Source: Camelus dromedarius
Taxonomy: Eukaryota
Direction of reading: 5' to 3'
DNA: 64,000 nucleotides
Assembly (NCBI RefSeq): GCF_036321535.1
Contig: NC_087437.1
Location: 66,528,001 to 66,592,000, forward strand
The translations under genes and the position numbers were made by a program. The notes beneath the pieces were generated by a model that was not told the origin of the DNA, did no database searches, and saw only the letters and a program-made list of their open reading frames with translations. Positions 54,116-64,000 of the stretch are shown piece after piece. Every line of letters starts with the position of its first letter. Within the stretch, counting starts at the first letter, position 1.

Positions 54116-56058
54116 AGCCTCTTCAGCGTGGTGTTGGGAAAGTTGGACAGCTATGTGTAAATCAGTGAAGTTAGACCACTCCCTCACACCATACACAAAA
54201 ATAAACTCAAAATGGCTTAAAGACTTAAATGTAAGACAAGACACTGTAAGCCTCTTAGAAGAAAACATAGGCAAAACATTCTCTGACATAAATCTTGGCA
54301 ATGTTCTCCTAGGGCAGTCTATCCAGGCAATAGAAATAAAAGCAAAAATAAACAAATGGGACCTAATTAAACTTACAAGCTTTTGCACAGCAAAAGAAAC
54401 TAAACAAAACGAAAAGACAACCTACAGAATGGGAGAAAATATTTGCAAACAATGCAACTGACAAGGGCTTAATCTCCAGAATATACAAACAGCTCAAACA
54501 GCTCAACAAAAAAATAGCCCAATCCATATATCCAGAAGGAACCTTACTCCAAAAAGACACCTGCACCCCGATGTTCATAGCAGCATTATTTACAATAGCC
54601 AAGACATGGAAACAGCCTAAGTGTCCATCAACAGATGACTGGATAAAGAAGATATGGTATATTTATACAATGCGATACTATTCAGCCATAAAAACCGACA
54701 ACATAATGCCATTTGCAGCAACCTGGATGTTCCTGGAAAATGTCATTCTAAGTGAAGTAAGCCAGAAAGAGAAAAATACCATATGAGACCGCTTATATGT
54801 GGAATCCAAAAAAAAAAAAAAAAGAAAAACAAACAAAAAAAAACACATAAATACATAAATACAATCTTGTGGTTGCCAAAGTTGGGGGGCTAGACTGGGA
54901 TTTCAGAATTTGTAGATACTGACAGGCATATGTAGACTAGATGAATAAGATTATACTGTATAGCACAGGGAAATACAAGATCTTGTGGTAGCTCACAGCA
55001 AAAAAAAAAAAAGTAACAGTGGATGTATGTGTGTTCATGTATGGCTGGGAAATTGTGCTCTACACTGGAATTTGACATAGCATTGTGAAATGACTATAAC
55101 TCAATAAAAAAAGTTTTAAAAAATAGCCCAATCAAAAATGGGTAGAAGACCTAAACAAGCATTTCTCCAATGGAGACAAACAAATGGTCAATAGGCACAT
55201 GAAAAAATGCTTAATATCACTATTAGAGAAATGCAACTCAAAACTACAATGAAGTATCACCTCAACCTGTCAGAATGACCATCATTAAAAAGTCCACAAA
55301 TGGTAAATGCTGGAGAGGGTGTGGAGAAAATCCTCCTACACTGTTGATAGGAATGTAGTTTGGTGCAGCCACTATGGAAAACAGTATGGAGAGTCCTTAA
55401 AGAACTAAAAAGAGACTTACCATATGATCCAGCAATCCCACTCCTGGGCACATATCCAGAGGTAACTAATTCAGAAAGATAATGCTCCCCAATGTTCACA
55501 ATGGTACTACTTACAATAGCCAAGACCTTGGAAGCAACTCAAATGTCCATTAACAGATAACTGGATAAAGAGGTTGTGGTATGTATATACAATAGAATAC
55601 TACTCAGCCATAAAAAAGAATAAAATAATACCATATGCAGCAACATGGGTGGACATGGAGATTGTCATACTAAGTGAAGCCAGGAAGAGAAAGAAATACC
55701 ATATGATATCACTTCTATGTGGAATTGAGGGGGAAAAAACCCCATTAACTTATTTACAAAACAGAAACAGACTCAGACATAGAAAACAAAATTGTGGTTA
55801 CTGGGGGGAAAGGGGAGGGTGGAGGGATAAATTGGGGGTTTGGGATTTGTAGATACTAACTACTATATATAAAATATATAAATAGCATGGTCCTACTGTA
55901 TAGCACAGAGAACTATAGTCAATACATTGTAAAAGCCTATAATGAAAAAATATGAAAAGGGGAAAAATATATATATATATAAACTGAATCACTATGCTCT
56001 ACACAAGAAATTAACACATTGTTAACCTATTAAATACTTCAATTAAAAAAATCTAAAA
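54116..56058 (+). mobile_element. 5'-truncated LINE-1 hosting a younger L1
   Basis: Late ORF2 (ORF 54048..54461) + 3'UTR + A tail; AAATGTT on both flanks. Confidence 0.9.
54525..55117 (+). mobile_element. Nested younger L1 3' fragment
   Basis: Perfect 16-nt TSD AAAAAATAGCCCAATC at 54509-54524 and 55118-55133. Confidence 0.92.
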
Positions 56059-57499
56059 AAAATGTTTTATAGAATGTTTGCTGTATGTTAGATACTATTC
56101 TAGTAGTTGAGTGTCAGTCTTAAACAGGATACACACCAGATACCTAAATTATTTCTGATTTTTGAAGTATATATTTTGTTTTGTTGGTTGGTTTTATGGA
56201 AACATAAGGAAGAAAGAAAAACAATCACCTGAAATCCCACCAGTCTACCATAGGACCACTTTTTGGTGACCTTGTCATTTATCTCTTCCTGTAGGTATGT
56301 ACAGTTTTTTGGGGGCTACTTAATGATAACACAGCAGTGGAAGTTTCCATAGGAAAGTCTTTACAAGTGTCTTTACTAACTATTTAACTAAGGGTAGGCC
56401 AGAGTTTTCAAGGCTTTGGATGAGTACCGCCTGACTGATACCTAGAAAGGTGGTGTCCATTTGTACATTAATACCTGAGGGTGCCTATTTCCTGAAACTC
56501 TTAGGAAGGTTAATTTTTTCAATCTTTGCCAGTTTAATATGCTTCCCTGATTTGTAAAGGCATTAAAGCACCCTTCTTGACATCTGCCATAGTTAAATCT
56601 CACAAGACCCTCTGCCCATCCTTCCCTAGCGTGTAAGCCTTCCCAAAGATTGTGTGTGGCATTTTGGTACTAATAAAATAGATATCACCACAGTAACTGA
56701 AAAATGAAAAACTTAGCTTCCTAATAGGTGATCACATTCTGACATACCTCTTTGCTAAGCCCCTGCTATTCACAGGGGGCTCCCCAAACTCAATACAGAT
56801 GCATTCACACTATTTTTTTCTGATTAGTTCCTTTTGTCTAACCTTGAAACATTTGACTTGAAGGTTAATGAGAACAAGACCATGTCCCTAGGCAAGGTCT
56901 ACCTTAGGATAAGGACACCTTCCACAGGTCAGGTGTGATGCTGGCAGAGAAACTATAATCTCCACTTTACAGGTGAGTACAGGCACTCAGGTTAAGGAAA
57001 ATGCTCTGGTCAAGTATCTGGTGACCTGGGGTGTGAGTCTTGGTCATTAGAGTTCAAGTCCAAAAGCCCACTGTTCCTTCCTGTACTAAGTGTCTAATAT
57101 AAACATGTATTCGTAGTTATAAATCTGTTTATTCATTCAATACATAAGTGAAGGCTTATTAAGTGCAAAGATCTGCCATAAGTATTGAGTATTCATGTGT
57201 GAATCAGACACGCACCCTGTCCTTGAGATGAGAGGCTGTTTGACCCAACATTTACTGAGGACATATACTAAATACCTACTATGTGCTAAGAAATGAACAA
57301 AGATAAGTAAGACATGGACCCTCTCAAAGATCTTATTTTCTGGTGGATATATGTGTATAAACTATGAAAATGTAAAGTTGAATATTCAGTGCTATGATGA
57401 AGATGCCAAGATGTTTTCCTGAAAAGAGTGCACATATGACTATACCCAGTGTTTCCCCCTTTAGCTATTAAATACTGCTAAATGGTAGTTCCATCTGGG

Positions 57500-58710
57500 T
57501 TGATTATGGTGCTTTTGACAGCTAAGTACTACAAACTCCTCATCAAGGGAAACACATAACTGGAAGTCCAGGGTCAGGGCAAGCTCTAGATGCAGTGAAA
57601 GCAGAGGCACAGTGATGCCAATCCAAGACTCAAGTTATTTTCATCTCAGAGCTCTCTTCCAGGACTGATGAAGCCAATCATGTGCTCTCTTGTTCAAGTC
57701 CAGCAGAAGAGAGAGAAACCATTCCTAAGGCATGAAGTTTCCTCCACTACTTTTTTTTTTTTTTGGTCTGATTGAGCCAAATTAGATTATGTGTATTTTT
57801 ATGGAACAATAATTGCCAGCAGAGTGCCTTATTCTGATTGGCTTAAACAGGATTCCTCCTTGGATCCATGTGTAGGTTAGATATTAGAACAAAACTGGAA
57901 TTCCGTTACAAGGAGGAAGAGGTAAATGGTAAATGGATATTGAGTAGACGGCCAACTTAGCACTAAATCATCTTGTTCACTTAAGAACAAAGATATCCTG
58001 AATGGTCAAGCTGAGTTTAGAGGAGCAGTCCTCTCAGTTTATTCAAACTTTTGCGAGAAAATCACTGGTAAAACAACAAGTTGTCTAGTGTTCAGTTTTC
58101 ATAGACTAACACAATCAGCAGATGTTCAGAGAACTGTTTGCAGGAGAGTAGTCCTTAAGGAGACCTGAATCTGAATGCATTCAGCTGCAAGTATCAGAAT
58201 ACCCAATTACAGTGGCTTAAGCAATAAATGTAATTTATCTCCTGTCGTAAAGCCTGGAGGTTGGACGTCCCAGGTTTGAAACAATGGCTCAGTGATACTT
58301 TCGAGTACCACGGCTTGTTCTATTTTTCTCTTTACCCTTCTCATCCTTAGGCCTGTTCTACCTCACAGCTGTGGTAACTTCAAGCACTACATCGTCACAT
58401 AACTATATTTAAGCCAAGATGAAACGTAGCAGGCCTCCTTACCATCTCTGTCGGGGAGAATACTTTTCCCCAGGTGCTCCCCAACACACATCCTCATATG
58501 TCTCATTGGTCACATGCCCATTCTTAAACCTACCGCCATTGAGGAGAATAAGATATCATGCTTGGCCTTGACCAATCTTATTTCAGGCCCTGGCAACTAG
58601 GAGAGAAGCCCACCCTCCTTTACATAGTGCCCAAGCAAAATCAGAGTTCCATAAACCGGGGGAAGGGGAGAAATGGCTATAGGATAAGGAATCAGTAGTG
58701 TCTGCCTAAG
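57500..58710 (-). mobile_element. Two old MLT1-type (MaLR) LTR relics
   Basis: CAGCTGCAAGTATCAGAA...GGCTTAAGCAATAAA, CTCATTGGTCACATGCCCA and CTGATTGGCTTA motifs; boundaries approximate. Confidence 0.55.
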
Positions 58711-61700
58711 ATCAGCTTGGAGGTACGTTTCCAAAGCCTAGAATCATGTCTCTGTTCTATTTTAATAACTATATTAGGAAAGTGTTTCTCAAACTACATG
58801 TGGTGAATAATCACTTTAATTTTTTCCAATGTACAGACTAATACTAGGAAAATGAAATTTAAAAAAAATATACTCTAGAAAAACCTACCATACACTGTCC
58901 AAGCCCATAGTTTCATTAAATTCAAAGGCCATAAGTTTCTCTGCCAAATCGTATAAAAATATCTATGTTCTCTCAATTTCTGTCCGTATCTCATCATGGA
59001 CCAGTAACAGCTCTCAGAGCAGCTGTGGTCCAGGGCAGTTTAGCTGGCTGACTTCACAATCTGACCCCGGCCGGCCTCTCCTGCCTCATGCCCTGCTGCT
59101 CCCTTTGCTTCACCTACAACTTGTTCTCTGTTACCAGCGTATGCCATGTATTTTTGTTTTACTTCTGGACTTGACTTCACATTTTGTTCTCCCTTCTTGG
59201 AATGCCCTCCCCTAGCTGGGGAACACCTACTTATCTTTTTAGACCAGCTTAAATGTCACCTTCCCTGTGACATTTTCCTGAATTCTTTGCTCCCCGATCA
59301 GTGCTTCCTTTAAACCCCATCATATCTCATGGCTCTGGTAGCTTCAAGCAGTACACCATCACACAACTGTATTCAAGCCAGGATGAAAGGGAGCAGGCCT
59401 CCTTGCCATTTCTACCAGGGAGTATACTTTTTCCAGAAGCTCACACACACACATCATCTTATGTCTTATTGGTCACCTGCCCAATAAGTATAGTTGTTTT
59501 TTTGGGTTGCAGTTCATTCTGGGTCAGCCTCCCTCACAAGACTGAAAGTTCCTTGAAGGTGATAGATAATTCTTGCTCATCTTCATATCCCCTGTTCCTG
59601 GCACACATTCTTTGCCCTATATAGATGCTTATTGAATTGAATCAACTCAACAAATGATGGGACTTCTGTGTATTTCCTTTTATTCTGCACAAATACTTTC
59701 TACTGGGCTTCTGCCTGCATATTTGTGGCTTTTCTTACAAGAACATACCATTTTGACACACACGTTTTTCTTTCCTCTTCTATCCAACCTGGTTTTAAAA
59801 ACAAACAAGACACAACTTTCCATTGCTGTATTCCCATCCAAGGTCCTATCCCACAGGCATCAATGTCACTGTCACTGCAAGTAGCATGACGGGTTTGTGC
59901 ACCTATAATGCTACCCAACAGCATACGCAAATCCTTTGTAGCAGTGAATGTGCCTGCATGTGGACACGTATAAACTCCCCAAAGTGCCTAGCAAGGTGGT
60001 ACAGCACGGAGAACACATAGTCTAGAGTCACCATCACCTAGGCTTTAGCCCCTATCCACATATTAGCTCTGTCACCTTGGGGAAGTTCCTTCACCTCTCT
60101 GAGCTTGTTTCTTCTTTAAAAAAAAAAAAAAAGGTATCATGGGAAGATACGCAGAAACAATAACTGCTTGATAAATGTTAGTACTTGCTGCTCCGATGAG
60201 CACATATGTGGACTGACAAAGAAGGCAGGCTGAGAACAATACTCAGTGGGCCTGCCTGTCTCTTTAAGGGGTCAGGGCCAGCCCACTGGTCAGGCTTGCT
60301 GAGAAAGATGACCTGCTTTGAAATTCTATCTTGGGCAGAGCCTTGGTTGCTTCTTGGTTCCTGTGCTTCTGATTTCCTTGCTCACAGCTGGCAGGGACAG
60401 CCACTCTGACAGCTCAGGGGGTGCATGACTAAGGTGGAGGGATGAGCAGCTGCTGCCTGCTAAAGTGGGTGGGGAGGCAGGCAGGTGATGTAAAAGCAGC
60501 ACGTGGAAATCCCCGAAATCCACTGCTGAAATGTCGTCACTGATTCAAATTGCTGTTGTGGAGAAGGGGGGGTCCTCCAGGCCCTCTCTAACTCTTTTCC
60601 TTTACTGTTGATTTTTCCTCTTCAATTTTAGAAAGAAGAGAATAAGATGCACATTTGTTGGTCAGGTGATTGTAAGTAAATAAGAAAAAAATACTAGCTT
60701 CTTTCAACATGCCATACGTTTTCACACCTCCGTGCATGTGCTTCTGCCATTCTCACCACTGGAAAGGCTCTTCTCCCTCTACCTACTTGGCTAATTCAGC
60801 CCTTACACCTCAGATCTCACGTTACATCTTGCATCTTCCTTCCTCGATGCCCCCTTCCTTCTAGGCTGCCACCTCTCCTTAAACCTAACTCAAGTACCGT
60901 GCTTCCCACACCTTTCCCCTGATAGAGTGAAAGCTCTTGGGAATCTTTGATTCTCTAAGCGCTTGGCTCATAGTAGGCACTCAGTATGTACTGCTCCTGC
61001 TCCTCAGAATATTTGACAAGTCCTAATTTCTCACTAATGCTATTTAGCTTACCAGCAGTACAATGAAGGTCCCTATGGATTGAGCACTTGAACAGTTCTG
61101 GATGGTTACTGGGTGCCCCGCCTCCCACCAGCTCGTACCTTGGGGGCTGTAGAAGTAATGATAGCTTGTACCTCCCAGCCAGCAGGAAGGAAAAAAAATT
61201 AAGGAGTCATTTGGAAGCCAGAGGGACATTTCTTAATTTAGTGTCTGCATATTCCAGATTTATTTCTTCGTGACCCGAGGTAGACCCCGGTTTCATCCAG
61301 AAGTTCCGGGACGTCATCAGACTTCCTGGGGGAAGAGTGGGGTTGGGAGTCATGGATCCAGCCCTGTATTCCTACTTACTCTGCAAACTACTTGGGACAC
61401 AGCAGTAAATCTGATAGACTTGGAAACAAATCCTGCCTCTGCCACTTACCGTAAACCTGTGGGAACTTGCTACCTCTCTAAACCTCAGTTTCTTTCGGAC
61501 CTATCAGGATGATAATATTTATTTGGAAGGGCTGTGTGATGACTAAGTCATATGTGTGTAAAGTCCTAATCTAGGCCTGGTACTTCATAGTGTTTAATAG
61601 GTGATGGTTATTATAATTTGCAAATACTAGGGTGGGTAGGATGATGGTCTGAGTAAGGTATTAACTATTACTAGATCCAGATACATGTAGAAGAAAGTCA

Positions 61701-61974
61701 GAATTCAAAAAGCTGCTTTTCATAGCTATTTTTGTTAAATGGAGGTCAAGTAAATGCCTACTGATATTTCCAAAGTGACTTCATAAAGGCCTTCAAGGGG
61801 TTTTCCAACTCTCATTGTTAGGATTTTTTCTGCTAACAGTCCCATACTTTCCTACCTTGATGTGTCCTCCTACCTCAGGAGAGCCCCCGGCCATCCCCTC
61901 CAGGGGGTCTGGACAGTGTCCTGCTCAAGGTGTGGCGGTAAATTCTGTGCTCACTTTTCCTTCGTCCACCCCCT

Positions 61975-62500
61975 CGGCCCCCCGCCCCGCCTGTCTTTCT
62001 GTGCCAGGTCTTATCTTGTCCTCTGGGGAGGTATGTTAAGTGCTCTGCCAGCCTGCCTGTGTGCCTGGCCTGTTTTTCCTCACTGCCAGTACCTCTTGGA
62101 TTCCAATTCCAAACATGGTATCCGTCTGGGGTCACCCTTTCTTCCGGTGCCAAGAGAGACGCATTCCAAATGGAGCACAACTGTGCCTCCCGTGCTGGGC
62201 TCTCTTCATTCTGTTCGGGGACAACAGAGAGCAGGATGTGGCCACTTGATTATCCTTTGCTGCTGAAGTTTTCAGCCCCAGAGTCCTGGCTTTTCCTCGG
62301 GACAATTTAGGTGTCCTGCCCAGAGCCAAATGTGGACTGTCCTAAGAAATCTGGAGCCAAGGAAGCTCGCCAGAGCTCTGCGGGGAGGGCCAGAGCCTTG
62401 CTGAAGCAAAGAGAGAGGAAGATAAGGTTTTCAGTTCTCCACAAAGTGGACTATGTTCTGCCATTCATTCCCACAGCTACCGGCAGCATTCCTCCCAGGA
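61975..62500 (+). promoter_or_regulatory. Putative striated-muscle promoter region of POPDC2
   Basis: GC box ~61979-61990, TTATCT 62011, CATTCCA 62162, CACTTGA 62243, CArG-like CCAAATGTGG 62326, AGATAA 62420, CATTCCT 62487. Confidence 0.55.
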
Positions 62501-62623
62501 AGGGTGGAGCAGGACGGGAGAAGCCGGAGGTGAGAAGACATCTGGGAGGACGGTGCATTCATTTTCTGAATTTCCCACGTGGGGACAGTCTCAGAGCCGA
62601 CCAGGCTTTGAGGCGCTGGGAAG

Positions 62624-63114
62624 ATGAGCAGTAACGGCAGTGCGGTGGGCCAGCTCCTGCAGCCCGGGTCGCTGTGTGTCGGCTGGAGGCCGGATCTGGA
62701 AGGGGCTGTCTACCACCTGGCCCACTGCTTCTTGCTCCTGGGCTTCATGGGGGGCAGTGGGGTGTACGGGTGCTTCTACCTCTTTGGCTTCCTGGGCACG
62801 GGCTACCTGTGCTGTGTGCTGTGGGGCTGGTTCGGTGCCTGCGGCCTGGACGTCGTGCTCTGGAGCGTCCTGCTGGCCGTGGCCTGTGTGCTGCAGCTGG
62901 CCCACCTGCTGTACCGCCTGCGCGAGGACGCCCTCCCCGAGGAGTTCGAGCTCCTCTACAAGACGCTGTGCCTGCCCCTGCAGGTGCCCCTGCCGGCGTA
63001 CCGGGAGGTGGTGCGCTGCTGTGAGGGGAAGGTCTTGACCCTGGCCACGGAGGAGACCTACGCCGTGGAGGGCGAGACACCCATTAACCGCCTGTCCCTG
63101 CTGCTCTCTGGCCG
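62624..63114 (+). CDS. POPDC2: POPDC2 (Popeye domain containing 2) coding exon 1
   Basis: MSSNGSAVGQLL...EGAVYHLAHCFLLLGFMGGSGVYGCFYLFGFL...YAVEGETPINRLSLLLSG; three TM segments and start of the Popeye domain; donor CG|GTAAGC; 491 nt; synteny with COX17. Confidence 0.97.
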
Positions 63115-64000
63115 GTAAGCCCCTCTATCCCTGCCCAGCATTTCTTCCTTACACCAACACTTCTCATTTCCCACTGCAGGCCTTTCCATTTCGCGTCTCT
63201 TTCCACTGAGGAAGGATGTGGCCAGTCAGACCAAAATAGATTTTTCTAAGCATGAGCTTGCTTTCCCTTTCTTAGCATTTTCCATGAGAAAACTAGCTCA
63301 AGCAGCATCTTGGTTGGCAGGAAGGATTTGGTGTGCACTCGCCGCTAAGAGGGGTGGGGTGAGTGTTTCTTGAGCCTGGGTCTGAAATGACCACACACCA
63401 CATACACACACAAACACGTGCGCGCGCACCAGTGCGTCATACCTAGGCTGTGGCAATATCTCTGTAGGCTTTGGAAAACTGAACATTTCAATAAGATTAA
63501 TTTGTTCCTTCTTTATGCATTCAACATTTGGTAAGTGACAACTGTGTGCCAGGGAACAGTGCCAAAACAGAAGGGTTTTTTTTTGTAACCCATGTTTCTG
63601 CTAGGGCATCAAATATATTGGAGAATATCCTATGCAGACTCTATAGTAAAGCTGTTCTATATGCACCCAGGTGTGGAGCTATCCCTTGTGCACTTGTCCA
63701 TTCCTATCTAGCACATCAAGGAGTCAAGTCCTATAAATCTGAGGGCCAGACAGTGAGGGAAGAATAGTGATGCCCATGTGTACCTCTTTGAGGATATGGT
63801 GGGGATACCTGGCTGACACTTTTTAGGAGGCTGACAGACATTAGCAAAAATGGTCTTCATCAGGATTAGCTTACACCTGGTCAGGCTGCATGTAACTGTT
63901 GGCCATTGGCTGATCTCTTCTGAAAAAATACCATGGGGCTCTATGCTATGCATTTGGTAGGCAATTGTGAATTCTTTGAAATATTGCCCTCGTGGGACTT

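Noticed and set aside
62591..63080. Four long ORFs overlapping POPDC2 exon 1 in other frames/strands
   Set aside because: Expected from high GC (few stop codons); low-complexity Pro/Ala/Gly/Arg peptides with no recognisable homology.

Overview
Mammalian genomic DNA, very probably a camelid (two tRNA-derived SINEs resembling the camelid Vic-1 family, plus cetartiodactyl-type L1 3' ends). It is the conserved CFAP91(MAATS1)-COX17-POPDC2 neighbourhood. CFAP91 is on the minus strand with 10 coding exons (30931 down to 25, 449 codons in one open frame, continuing off the left edge). COX17 is complete on the plus strand (two coding exons, 63 aa, plus a non-coding third exon). POPDC2 coding exon 1 is on the plus strand (62624-63114). 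The rest is intronic or intergenic, rich in L1, ERV/LTR, MIR/L2 and DNA-transposon relics. I cannot support a genuinely new biological system here. The most unusual structures are: (i) a ~5 kb ERV1 mosaic upstream of CFAP91, with two arrays of ~58-68 nt palindromic monomers that grade into TA-rich sequence; (ii) a TSD-flanked L1 whose 5'UTR joins late ORF2 directly (splice-like deletion); (iii) a perfect 21-nt duplication at the COX17 exon 2 acceptor that creates a candidate poison splice site. Repeat family names come from recognition, not database searches, and boundaries of old repeats are approximate.
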